Shown here one piece after another: positions 40,001 through 51,325 of a stretch of 64,000 nucleotides of DNA. A program made the position numbers and the translations under genes. The stretch's first letter is position 1. Every line of letters starts with the position of its first letter. Below the pieces are notes generated by a model, which was not told where the DNA came from, did no database searches, and worked only from the letters and a program-made list of their open reading frames with translations. Origin of the DNA: Eledone cirrhosa (taxonomy: Eukaryota); NCBI GenBank assembly GCA_964016885.1, contig OZ024745.1:133424001-133488000 (forward strand). Direction: 5' to 3'.

Positions 40001-41070
40001 TTCTTGTGGGAATTCCTTTGTTTTTTCATCTTCACTCCACATAAGTGAGTGGTGACTTTAGCCGATGCATAATAGAGATGATTTAAGTCAGTAATGTTTA
40101 TTTTGTTTGTGATGATAATGTTTTTGAGAATTATGTTAGTCTTGTGTATTATCTTTTGGTTCTGTTTGGAGTTCTGGATCTTAGGGAGGGTGTCTCGTTC
40201 CCCCATGTCAGATTCTTTCATTTTCATCCATTCGATCATAATTTCATCCTTCAAGTTGGCAAGTTCATTCTCATTCATTTCTTTATCATTTACGATCTCA
40301 TTATTTTCATTTAGAGTTTCATCCTGAGCATGCACTCCCTCCACTTTTTCGCTCCTTTCTTTAATTTGTTCTGTTGCCAGTGATTCCGCCCCAACTCTGG
40401 GATTCGAAGTGTTACAGTTTACCTCGTTTTCACTGACACATGCTTCATTTTCCCTTCGCTGACTTTGTGCTACTAGCTTGATCTGATCAATTTCTATATC
40501 AGTTAGTAACTTTTTTCTTACAATATTTCTTCGTATATTGGCTAGTTTGTTACTGTCAATATAGCCTCTGTTTTCGGGATGTTTCTTTTTCCAGTTGATA
40601 TATGTTTGCTCTGTATTCGATGTATTTGATGGGTAGTACATGGCAGTGTAGAAAGCCTCAAGGACTTCTTTATTATCTTCCCTTGACCATTTTTCTCTCT
40701 TTTTCTTTGGATTTCTTGGTGGTGAGCATGGAGGGCCAACAGTAGGAGTATTCCGGTTATGGGAGGTCTCCAGCTCCGAAGTGATGGGAAGGTTTGAACC
40801 ATTAGCTGATTTTTCGACCCCAGTCTGGTTCCTCTCTGAGGGACGCGGCCCTTTTTTACCCGGGTGACGGCCGATCCGGTATGAGATTTCATCATTAGAC
40901 ATCTACCTTATTTTGTCGCGTTTTATCCTTAACCGCCAAGGGGTAATCTTTTCGTGTTACCACTTCTAGAACGAGTGTCAACCAAGACTAGAGGGGTCGT
41001 TCTCCCCTAGAGACATGGCTATTCCCCGCCGGCCGCCATCCCGGTATTTCTTGGTCACGGGGTTTTCTTT
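37097..41070 (-). mobile_element. Full-length intact R4/Dong-clade non-LTR retrotransposon (second family)
   Basis: Single intact ORF, about 165-nt GC-rich 5' UTR, about 140-nt 3' UTR, (AAT)n tail. Confidence 0.93.
37252..40902 (-). CDS. 1216-aa reverse transcriptase / CCHC finger / PD-(D/E)xK restriction-like endonuclease polyprotein
   Basis: KWSREDNKEVLEAFY N-terminus, KSPGKD, NYRPITCL, AWIDYKKAFD, GIFQGDSLSP, HLFYMDDLKL, YKYLGV, CRVCKKQPETIDHIISMC, RHD, RPDII, LIDMSVP, KLSKYKDL; no stops or frameshifts. Confidence 0.96.
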   Translation of the reverse strand: MSNDEISYRIGRHPGKKGPRPSERNQTGVEKSANGSNLPITSELETSHNRNTPTVGPPCSPPRNPKKKREKWSREDNKEVLEAFYTAMYYPSNTSNTEQTYINWKKKHPENRGYIDSNKLANIRRNIVRKKLLTDIEIDQIKLVAQSQRRENEACVSENEVNCNTSNPRVGAESLATEQIKERSEKVEGVHAQDETLNENNEIVNDKEMNENELANLKDEIMIEWMKMKESDMGERDTLPKIQNSKQNQKIIHKTNIILKNIIITNKINITDLNHLYYASAKVTTHLCGVKMKKQRNSHKKSTWQDNINRQINLLRSDIEILTNYKVGEHVKQTKLRKLKKKYSIRSTCDIDMLIETIKQKVSAKAARIRRFEKRSRFYKDNNMFKNNQRNFYRKIGKSTITAKSIPPKEEVQEFWEKIWAEEKVHNIHAPWIDRQMKETAHLEEQTWENITVEQLRLALRKTSKWKSPGKDKIQNFWINAFTESHELLAQLYNEIVKEPEKIPSWLVNGITFLLPKNDETNNPKNYRPITCLTTMYKILTSVLTEYTYDHLITNDLFPIEQKGCKRGSYGCKDQLLVNKMILEDCHNRHKNLSIAWIDYKKAFDSLPHSWIEKCLEIFKISPVVRRFLSFSMRTWRTTLLLNSETKSLEAGEVNINCGIFQGDSLSPLLFCIALIPLSKMLNETKHGYRVYDKTINHLFYMDDLKLFAKNDEQLQGLLSTVKQFSDDIKMEFGLDKCAKATFTRGKLLKSSDINLDRGNVIRELDQEQTYKYLGVCEGDGIKHSTMRERIRKECYRRVRAILRTELNARNRIDAINTLAIPVVTYSYNVINWSSTEIRRLDTKIRKFLTMHRMHHPKADIDRIYLPRKEGGRGLIQLDIALKTATIGLSTYLRESHDWMIKLVLKHESTKRSYSITKDAQRYSNGLQISEVPFTAEMENTEKAKQVKVTAKKELLQKLAKKWQEKPLYGKYPERANNPDVDKTLTHQWLASSGLKSETEGLIISAQDQCLPTKNYQANIIKNGCSPLCRVCKKQPETIDHIISMCSPIAPTEYLNRHDRAAQYIHWIMCKHFDLPHQKNWWEHQPPPILEKDHISILWNFSIQTDRKIDANRPDIILKDFQRRVCLLIDMSVPIDKNVSIKTFEKLSKYKDLEIEIGKMWKLRTKTIPVVVGALGMIPKGSNDYLSQIPGNPRIGEIQKIVLMGTAHILRKILSI

Positions 41071-41144
41071 TTGTTGTTTTTTTTAAATTGTTATTATCAT
41101 GAGTGGTACCTTAATGTGAGCATTGCGTGGCTTAAGAATGAAAT

Positions 41145-41198
41145 TATTAATAATTGTCTCCACTCCAGGGACAAGGCCAGCAATCACCCAGTGCATTA
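41145..41198 (-). mobile_element. SINE family A tail fragment
   Basis: taataattgtctccactccagggacaaggccagcaatcacccagtgcatta. Confidence 0.65.
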
Positions 41199-41351
41199 CA
41201 ATAATATAATATACTTTTTGTTGTAGTTGGCTGTTATTGCTGCTGGCTATGTCGGTGGTGGTGCCGGGGCTTTTTATATTGTTGGTGAGGAAGGGGTGAG
41301 CCAGCAGTCCCATAATTGTTGATGTAGACGTTTGTCCGTGGCAATGTAGAC

Positions 41352-41352
<1 letters not shown>

Positions 41353-41437
<85 letters not shown>
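41353..41437. repeat. (TTA)n microsatellite
   Basis: Direct reading; resumes at 46232-46270 on the far side of the Tx1 element. Confidence 0.95.
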
Positions 41438-42018
41438 GAATGCTATGGTTGACGGAGGCTCGGCTCTGTAAGGTATTGTAAATTTTGACCGCTATAACAA
41501 TTGTAAATTGTTTAAAACTTTAACCAAATTGTAGACAAAAACACCCTCCTCCTCGTGAGAGGGGTCTTTCTGCCCCTTATTTGGCCTTTCGGGGTTAAAT
41601 AATGGCTTATTGGGGTTTTGTGCGCAATATTTATTTTAAACAAAAAAAACATGGCTACGAAAAAGAATTTTCATAGGTCACTACCACTCATTCCGTCTTC
41701 TTTTTCCTTAATCGTCACTACAGCAGAGAGAAATTGTCTCTCTCCCTCCCTTCTCTAAATTTGTCTCTCTCCCTCCCTTCTCTTTCGCAAGCGACGCCAG
41801 AAAAGAAAAATCAGATGCAAAGCGTGCAAGATTTCTCCACGACGACGACGACAACGACGAAAAAGGTGTGCGGGAAATACGAAAACCCATTTCATTCGTC
41901 TGACGTCATGAATAATAGCAGTAGCAGCCGTAATAACAGCAGCAGCAGCAACAGTGACAAGGGAAACAACAGAAGCAGCCGCAACAGCATCAGCAGCAGC
42001 ATAAACAACAACAGCATT

Positions 42019-42049
<31 letters not shown>

Positions 42050-45000
42050 ACAACCACAGCAACAGCGGCGGCGGCAGTAGTCGTAGTACCTGCAGCAACA
42101 ACAAAAGTAACAGCAGCTCTGACGACAACAACAACAACAACAGCAGCAAAGAAAAACCAATCTCGTTTGCAGGTATCGCAAAGAACCTGGAAACCATCCT
42201 CATAACAAATGAGGAATTAGAGGAAACGAAGAAGAAGATGGTGACAAAAACTGGACATCGAGCAATCTGCAAGGCAGCCGAAAAATGTTGCGAAACCCAA
42301 CAGCACTGTACGGTCACGTACCGTACAGTAAGCACAAAATCCCGTAGGGTTGAAAGAGCCACAGAGGCTCAAATACAAAAAGCCTTAGGGTCTGTGTGGC
42401 AGCGGAAAACGCAGATCACCCGAGGCAAGAAATATGCCACCGTAGACGTGCTTTTTGCCACACCCCAGGAGGCAAAGGCTCAATCCTTAGTGACCCTAAG
42501 GAGCGAGGAAATGGTGTTGGTGCCCTCCTACTGCGGGCAAAAACTTGTGAGGGTCAAACTGACCCACGTCCCCCCCCCCCCGGGATGGCCCCTTCTTGGC
42601 TGTCTGCGTCTGTCCTCGTCGGAATCGAGGACAAAACAACTGTACTGCAAGTACGGAAAAAAGTAAGAGAAGATTGGGTCGGCATTTCCATTGAGATGTT
42701 AATCCAAACCAACCAGGAGTGCATCGAAGCTATCCCGGATGTGATAGACTTCGATAACGGCACTCAACTGCCATAAGTGTTGAGGGAAAACGCCCGAAAT
42801 GCTTTCGCTGTGGATCGAAGACTCACCTCAGGGCCTTCTGCAACGAGAAGACCCTGAGAAAGGAGAAAACCCCCCTCCTTCCGAAACCGGCTCCACCGCT
42901 ACCAGCAACAGGACAAGCGGCAACCAGGAACGATAGGTCCGTGGCACCCATACCCACGCCACGGAAACCAAAAACAGCAGCAGTGGAAGTATTAACAACA
43001 ACAACAGCAATACCAAATGCAGCTGCAACAGAGACTCCAGTGCAAACATCACCAACAACAACAAGTGAAAGAGTGGAGCTGGTACCCCTCCCCGACCTCA
43101 CAGAATCAGACATGGAGTGTGAGGTAGGAGAGGGATGCTAAAAGGTCGTAAGAAGGCACAAACGCAGAAGCAGCGCATCGTCGCCTTCGAAAAGGGAGGA
43201 AAGAAATGTAAAAAAGGGTAAAGGCTACTGCAAAGAGACTCACAGCAGCAACACCACCAACACCATCACCACCCACACTAGCACCACCATCACCACCGGC
43301 GACAACCCCACCGCCAACAACAACAACACCTTCAACACCACCACCACAAGCACCAACATCGCAAACACAACAACAAAACACACACACCCAGCAACAACTA
43401 CAAGAAAATAGCAGAACAACACCCCACCCCCAAAAAAACAAATGCACGGCAATAAATACACACAACAAGAAACTAATGACATACATAATTGAACACACAG
43501 ACATTTCACAGCACGACTACATAATACCAGCACCAATCAAAACGCCAACTAACATAAGACTGCTAAAAATAGCACAGAAACAATACACAAACATTAAAAC
43601 GAAATTCCCCAACGCAGTTGGTGATTTCAGAGACCTAGGAGGGACTCTCAACCGGAGAGTATATTCGGACATACTCATAGAAGAGCCGACGACCAGCCGA
43701 AGGGGCGATTCAACGGTCCCTTTACCAGACCATCAAGTGAAAAGGGATGGAAAAACCATCCCTCCTCTACGAAAAGTACGGTAAGTGGTCTTTCCCATCT
43801 TTTCCACTCTATTTTAAACATGACCTCACTCAGAATAGGCAGCATAAATGCGCGTGGCTTGGGGTCGTCATGGAAGCAGGGTCACCTGCTCAACGACCTC
43901 AGGTCACTAAACATAGATGTAGTGGTCATCAGCGAGACCAGAATCTCCGAAGCACGGGCCTTCGCACCGATCTTCGGCGGCTACGATGTGTACGCATCTC
44001 CCAGCCGTCCTGGATCGGGGGGAGGAGTTGCTGTGCTTTTTCGGAGAGGTTTGGATCTCGCCATACGGGCCATCTTCCTGGACCCAGAGGGTAAGTTGGT
44101 GGTGCTGGACGTGACCAGCGGAGACGGGCAAGCTTTCAGGCTAGTGGCCGTCTATGCCCCGACAGGAGCAGGGCGGCCTGATTTCTTCCGGCGTCTGGAG
44201 ACCTTTCTTGGAACGTCCCGCTCTTTAGTGTTAGTGGGCGACTGGAACGGGATCTTAGATGCACGCTGGGACTGTGTGGGATTAGCGGATAGGGGTGGAG
44301 GGTGTAAGAGCCTCACCAACCTGCTCAGGCGTTTTGTGTCTACCTCGACGGACTGCCGCGGCTCTCGGCCACTGAGGCGGAGTGTTGCGAAAAGCCGATA
44401 ACAGCCGCTGAAGTATGGGAGGCAATGACTGGCTGAACAAGGGGTAAATCGCCTGGTTTGGATGGTCTGCCCTATGAACTTTCGTACAGATGCCAGACTT
44501 GTTCGGAGGCCTCTTGGCGGACGTCTACTGCAACTGGCAACAGAACGGGAGAATTCCCAGCTCTGTGAGCCGAGGAGCGGTGGCACTGCTGAGAAAGGAT
44601 CCGAACAAAGGGGATAACATAGATAATTTCAGGCCCATAACTCTGCTAAACACAGAGTTTAAGATTTTGGCGAAGGTGCTAGCAAAGAGGTTGGTGCTTG
44701 TCGTTGGTGGTCTGGTGGGAGAGGCGCAGACATGCGCCATTCCCGACAGATCCATCCACGACAACCTCCCTCTCATGCGATACATCGTAGAGAGGGTAGC
44801 TAGGGAACCTGGCACGGGTGGGTCCTTGATCAATTTAGATCAGTCGAAAGCTTTCGGTTAAATTGCTAGGAGTCTGGTTCGGTCCGGACCTCCAGACGGA
44901 CAAAAACTGGGACGAAGTGACGAGCAGGGTGGCTTCTCTCACCCAGAAATGGGCGGAGAGGAAGCTATCCCTGAAAGGTCGAGCGGAGGTGGCTAACGCG

Positions 45001-46229
45001 TACATCGCGTCTGTCATCTGCTACCGCCTGACCGTCGTACCTTGTCCTAAGCCCCGCCTGACTGCGCTGGAGCGTTTGCTCTTTCGCTTTTTGTGGAAGG
45101 GACGCGCTCCGATGGTCAGGCGGTGCATCTGCTGTCAACACCCGCTACGTGGAGGGCTGGGAATGCCGTGGCTGATGATGCGCAGACACGCGGTCAGGCT
45201 ACGACATCTCCACCTCTTCCTCGACGGTGATCAGGTGTGGTCGCAGTTTGCTAGACACGTATTTCCCTAGCTCGTCTCCTTGACGGAGCTGCAGTCCTGG
45301 GTCAAGCGAAGACCGAGAGGGACCGCTTGGAGACTGGAATGTCTTCACGCGCTCAAAGCCCTCGACCAATCGGGCAATGTGATCGGTGGAAACTCCACCT
45401 CGGCGTTCTATAGGGGATTAATGGAGGGGAAGAGCGACGACGTATTTGGGGAAACTCTCGGCGTCGACGAAAATCAACTAGCCAATCTCTTCGGAAGAAC
45501 TTTCGGGCCGGGACCTATGGACAACTTCCAGAAATCTCTGGCCTGGCAGTGCTACCGAGGAGCCAGTTCGGGATAAACTCTACAGGAATGGAGGTGCCGT
45601 CAGCCGGGCATGTCCGAGATGCGCGCAGGGCGACGAAACCGTCCTGCACGCACTCGTCTAGTGTCCGAAAATTGCTGACTTGTGGGTTTATGTCGAACAC
45701 CTTCTGTCGTGTGTAGGCTATCATCTGAGTCCATCGTGAGGATTGCCCCGCCCTCTTACTTTAGCCGGGAAGGGCAGGCAGTTTTTATCTGTCTGGTGGC
45801 CATGGCGAAATGATAGTATGGTGGACACCTTTGAAAGGGCTGAAGACGAGCACTTACCTCTTCGGTGATGCTCTGATTAACATTTTCAAATTTCATTTTG
45901 TTGAAAGATTGGTGAGAGAAGCAAGTATGGCCCGAGTGAATGGGCCTACTCTGAGTACGTATCTGTAAATTAAAGGTGGAAAACTGGGAGAGGGCACTTG
46001 CCTCGGTGGTCAGGGTCACTGTGACCTTTTACTGGGCTTTCTCCACAAATGTCCCTCCGAAGTCTCCCCCCTATTGGGGAATTTTTCATTGTTATTTTTT
46101 GTTACATCCTCTGTTTTTTTGTTTTTTACACGCAGAAATGCCCATTTGTACCGTCCTGTATTGTCCTGCACTGTCCTTAATGTCTACTTTATGTAAACCC
46201 TTGTGGTTAATAAAGAAATAATAATAATA

Positions 46230-46230
<1 letters not shown>
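41438..46230 (+). mobile_element. Tx1/L1-clade LINE with 5' end, gag-like ORF1 and internally deleted ORF2
   Basis: ORF1 about 41650-43784 with N/S-rich tract, CFRCGSKTHLRAFC zinc knuckle near 42800 and T/P-rich tail; ORF2 from ATG 43820 (SINARG, VISET, VAVYAP, VGDWN, FRPITLLN, LDQSKAF); deletions near 44335 and 44857; ends aataaagaaa(taa)n. Confidence 0.93.
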
Positions 46231-46275
<45 letters not shown>

Positions 46276-46334
46276 CATATATATATATATGAGTGTGTGA
46301 GTGTGTGTGTGTGTGTGTGTGTGTATGTGTTGTT

Positions 46335-47225
46335 ATATTTGGGGAGGGTCATATTGTTATGATATTGCCAGAAATAATAATAGAACACACTCACTATTTG
46401 GTCTGGGTTGATTTTCGCTTTTGTATCTCCATAGTTAATTTAGCCTGCAATCAATGTTTATCATTGATTGACCAACAGTTAAAAATACAGGTATAAATAT
46501 ATATATATAGTCTATCAAAGTTCTTTCGTCACACATCTGTGACATCATCAGTGGGTACTATTATGTTTCCTCCCGTTGTATCGTGATGCCTACGCCATTT
46601 TTATTTTATATTATTTATTCTTGTCTTTGTCTTTGCGTTTGCGTTTGCTTTTATGTTTCCTGTTTGGTGTGTATGTTCTTGTTTGAGTGTATGTGATTTG
46701 TATTCTATCTTTGTTCACTAGTATGTGTTTATATGTGTTTGTTGTTATTGTACATGTGTGTATATTTATTTATTTATTTATATTTGCCGTAGGTCAGTAT
46801 TGTTTGTTTGGGTATGGTTGTTGTTGTTATTCCATTTGTTCTTTCTTTTCAACTTTGGTTTTCTTAGTTCTATCTCATTTGCTTCTCTGATTTGCCTACC
46901 TGTTGAGTCATTTCTATGCTTACATATTATTTTAATTTCTATGTTATCTATATTACCGTCATGTCTTTGTCTGGCGTGTTCATATAGTACTGAACCGTTA
47001 TTGTTGTCCTTTTAGTTCAAGTGTTGGTCTATTCTTTCTCCTATGCTTCGAACTATCTCACCTATGTATGTCGTTGTCATATTTCTGCAAGTACCCTCTG
47101 TTTATCTTATGCTATAGACCTCATTTCTAGTTTTACAATTTATCTGGGGGTTCATTCTACATATAAGACATTTCTTATTTGTAGAGTGGGTTTTCTGAAA
47201 GGGGTATGTCTTGCTGATCAGGACA
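46335..47225 (-). mobile_element. Penelope-like element 3' part: GIY-YIG (Neptune/Nematis-type) plus pLTR family P1
   Basis: Minus strand KCLICRMNPQINCKTRNEVYSIR*TEGTC..TYIGEIVRSIGERIDQH..SVLYEHARQRH..DSTGRQIREANEIELRKPKL..W; two stops. Confidence 0.88.
46513..46558 (-). ncRNA. Minimal type I hammerhead ribozyme motif, intact core
   Basis: GTACCCA-CTGATGA-T-GTCACA-GATG-TGTGAC-GAAA-GAAC-TT-TGATA; stem I imperfect. Confidence 0.75.
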
Positions 47226-47229
47226 AACA

Positions 47230-47571
47230 GCGGTAATTTTGCCGACGGGGCAGTGGATGAGTGACAGCTCACGCCCTGGTGGTCAGCGGGCTACTACAAG
47301 TGGTCAGAATAATGATGACGTCACTAACCAGTGACCAATCCAAGGATGCACAAAGCGGATGAAGGTGGACTATATAGGCTCGTAGGGCCAGAAAACCCCA
47401 GAAAGAGGATATGATCCGAAATCAATAGACGTGTCCGAGGAACCTGCGAAACTAGAGTCAGTTAGTTCCACACATGAATCGCACCTCGAGCTGTTCGCCG
47501 AGGAAACAAATGCATATATGTCTTTGTGTGTGTATTTGCATTGTGTATGTGTATATCTATTATATATATGC

Positions 47572-47649
<78 letters not shown>

Positions 47650-50080
47650 TTTATATGTTCATTCGGCCATTACCTCAGCAGAGATCCGATGAGCCTTCGA
47701 TTGCAGAGTCGAGCCAGATCGATGTAGATCGAACCTTGAGCTAATCAGTAGCGAAACGTGCGTCCCAAATCAATAAATGTAATGAAGACATAAAAAATCT
47801 TCTTTTTATTATTATATTTACACTCTGTTTAGCTCTACACCTCGTTACAGACGTGAATGTAAGCATCGAGTGCTCACCTGGGTGAACCTACAGTAACAGC
47901 ACGTTACATTCCCTGCATCTCAAGCTCCTTCTTTAGTCGAGCGCTTACCTGGAACACCATGGAAAAGTTCCATAACACTTCCTCCCTAACGGATATACCC
48001 ATACCTTCGGATCACAACTATTACTAAAGCAAACCAGCGCGTTCATTAGAAGGATCCGGTGGAGAGCCTGCCACTACAAGAATAAGAAGACCCCAAGATC
48101 CGGCGACGACCCTACCAAACACCTGAAAGGACTATTCAAATTGTCCAGAAACCCAACACACAATGCACTCCACAAATATTTTGAGGACAGGTCCGGAACA
48201 TCAAGTTTGGAGAACCTCCCCGCAATTCTGACAGAAGTGCATTCCTGTCAGGACTTGCATCCACCATGAAGGAGGTTAAAAAGTGCCCTGGTATACCGCT
48301 ACCAGTGGATAAGACCGGGAACCTGTAAATATGGAGTATAGCACATACCAAAAATGCATCACGAACGAGATAGAAAAATCTACAAAACATCAACACACAT
48401 AACCAGGCCAAGACAATAGTGACCGACCTTAAGATCGACTATAGGACACAACCCTACAGCGCTAGCGCCACCGAGGATCTCAATTAAAGACCACAAACAG
48501 GATTTTCAGACTAAACTACTAATGGCACCCTCCAAATCATACTGAGATAGACTTAGTAAATCTATCATTGGCCGAACTTTGAAATAGAACAAAACTCAGC
48601 CTGTGGTCTAGAGAGGATATTGACTGATTCTCCGGCATTGACACCAAGTCAGAAGTTCGATTCGTCCACCTCGACATTGCGAACTACTATGCCTCAGTAT
48701 CCCTAGTCATCTTAAACAAGGCATTGAACTCAGCCATAAACAGGTCTGCCTCACTAGAAACGAAGATGACATATTCCTAGTTGCTAGGAAAACTTCACAA
48801 CAATTCGACGGTAACTTATGGTAGAGACAAAATAGACCAGATTTGACATTACATGGGGTCGAGTGACCCCGCCACTGTTACGGATGTCGTCGGTTTGTAC
48901 CTCCTCAGTAAAAGTAACGGACGAGATCCCTAGCGGGGAACTGTACGAATACAATGCTCTACTCATGGCCTGCCGACTTAACAACAGCCAATTAGAAAGA
49001 TTACATAAACGACTTAGATACATATTTAAGACCCTGACGGTAGAAATAGAATACAACAATAGGACAGTGAATGTTACAGACGTGACACTAGAATTAGACA
49101 CAAGTTTGTACCGACCCAACCATAAAAGTAATGAGAACTTAAAGTATGCTACTAGACACTCAAATCACCCTAAGAATATTAGTTATGAGTATTTCCAACA
49201 GAGTGTCCACACTGTCAGATAATAGGTCTATCTTCAAACAGTACCCCGGATACTACAACTCCGTACTAGAAAAGGCTGGATACAGGGAGCAGATCACATA
49301 CAACAACCAGACCAGCAGCATAACGTTGCACAATCTACATAGGCATTTAGCAACACATGTTGAGAATAACGCCCCACCCACTAGAGTAACTAACACGCAA
49401 GGACCACCTCTAGCCGACAGGACAGGCAATGACACATACCACTACCAAAGAGGTAAAGCCATACTCTCCTACTCCTCTAACTACTTGAAGCCTAGCAAAC
49501 AAATGTTTTAATAGGGCCCAAAGATTGAATGGTATAAACCAAACCAAAGCACTCAAGACAAATACGCCTGACCACAACACACCCACAAACACACCAATGA
49601 CAACATCTGCACTAAAGGTCGTAGTGCCCGGAGCAGAACCGTGACATGGTACAACGCCCCGTACTCCTATACACGTTGCTACCAATGTATCAGGAACATT
49701 CTTCAGGGCCCTCGACTAATCATTTCCATCCACACACAAATACCACAAAGTCTTTAACAGACACACAGTAACATTCTCATTCTCCACAACACCCAATCTA
49801 GCTGACACTACAGCATACAATAACAGGACCAAAATACACAAACATAAACAAGTACCCCAAGCAACCACTACTACAGCCCAAAATAACACCACACAGATTA
49901 TACATAACAACGCACATCTACATGCTAACTCCAACTAAAATGTGACCAACCAGTAACTTACCAATAATGCAATAGCCCTCTGGTGCAACTGCAAAAAGCC
50001 GGAAGAATGCCCACTGAGCGGGGAGTACATCATCAGGAACATTGCGTACGAGTGCGATGTCATGGCCGGGAGAAATACTT
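47230..50080 (+). mobile_element. Decayed Hydra-clade-like Penelope element (leader plus RT, thumb, linker and start of GIY-YIG)
   Basis: From ATG about 47959: SLTDIPIPS, FIRRIRWRA, VDKTGNL, IKDHKQDF, FVHLDIANYYASV, FDIT..DVVGLYLLS, HSNHPKNI, WYNAPYS..TNVSGTF..HKVFNRHTV, CNCKKPEECPLSG..IAYECDV; many frameshifts. Confidence 0.88.
47316..47378 (+). promoter_or_regulatory. Putative Pol II promoter of the PLE: CRE, CCAAT and TATA in order
   Basis: TGACGTCA 47316-47323, CCAAT 47335-47339, TATATA 47371-47376, upstream of hammerhead-like motifs and the PLE ORF. Confidence 0.4.
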
Positions 50081-50982
50081 CATATATATATATAAGACAA
50101 GTCACATTTCACGTTGTCAGAGGATCCCAGAAATCCTCACAAAGTAATGCAATACCCATATTGAATTTCTTAATGTTGAGCTTTGGTACAACATAACATT
50201 GCCTTTACAGCTAAATTCACTGAAAAAAACATCAGCTAAATAGCCTACCTCACAGAAGAGCACACCGGATTGCAGAATGTCTAAAATGATTGTATTTACT
50301 CAATCTATCAAACCTAAATACATTAATATAGATTGCTTTCAATAGATTAAAGAAATTAGGGATATAGCCGTAGAAACTATTTCCTTACATACAGGGTACA
50401 TATTCTATTAATTGCAGAGGGGAGAAATACAAATATTCTAGCTAGTATAAGGAATGGTGGAAAGAATCGTATTGACGACATCTTTATTGTAAATATGAGA
50501 GTAACTCAAGTAATGTATAACACAATTAACTGAATAGCCATTCTTGTATATACTTTCAAACAGAATATAAGTATACAATTGAGATTTCAGTAGATTGAGA
50601 TTCCTGTTGATTAATTCTGAAATCTGAAAAAGACATTGAACTCTTACAGGAAGTCACTGACTTCTTCAGTGACCATAAATTGTAGATTTTCAACGGAGGA
50701 AATGGTAACTAAACGTTATACGTTGAAATAAAACTGCTTAAAAACACAGAAATAAAGTATAGTGCAGCTAATGTCATAAATCTTTCTAATTCGCAAATAT
50801 TAGTTTGAAGTGAAGCTTCAAAGACGTTCTATTTTACCTTTAACAATCAAAAGGAAAATTAATTATTCTCTGCTGAAATTAGCGATCTTTGTTCTTGATA
50901 TCACCGACATTTCTTTAAAAGTTTCTATTAATGGTTTTAAGAATGATTAGTTTAGTATACTTTCTTGGCGTTGACTTCACAG

Positions 50983-51000
50983 ATTGGTACCTAGGTGAAG
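50983..51000 (+). other. Candidate 18-nt phase-1 microexon (x-WYLGE)
   Basis: tttcttggcgttgacttcacAG|ATTGGTACCTAGGTGAAG|GTAAGT; only the phase 1-1 frame is open. Confidence 0.35.
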
Positions 51001-51175
51001 GTAAGTATCATTGCATGAAAAGTGTCACGGGAAAAAGTTACAATTGTCTGAGAGGAAAAGTGACATTTTATTTAACATAATTGTATTACATAAATGTGAA
51101 ACACATCTTGTTATATTTAATGTTGGATAAAACAACGAAACAAGACAACAATTTGGGAGAAGAGGAGCGATGTTT

Positions 51176-51325
51176 AAAATGACCCCAGTACTGAACTGGC
51201 ATTTTAATCGACCCCAGAAGGATGAAATTCAAAGTTGAGATTGTTCGGATTTAATCTCGGAACGTAAAGAATTGTAACTAACTGCCGTAAAGCCTTTTGT
51301 CCGCGGCTCGAGCGATTATGCCAAT
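51176..51325 (-). mobile_element. Old SINE related to family A
   Basis: ccccagtactgaactggcattttaatcgaccccagaaggatgaaattcaaagttga. Confidence 0.7.

Noticed and set aside
41540-41580. TCCTCGT loop in the Tx1 5' UTR as an HDV-like ribozyme
   Set aside because: Only a simple hairpin forms; no P1/P2 partners or catalytic linker found
47090-47110. In-frame stop at an expected Cys position in the PLE GIY-YIG as selenocysteine recoding
   Set aside because: The codon is TAA, not TGA; the copy has another stop and I could not identify a SECIS element
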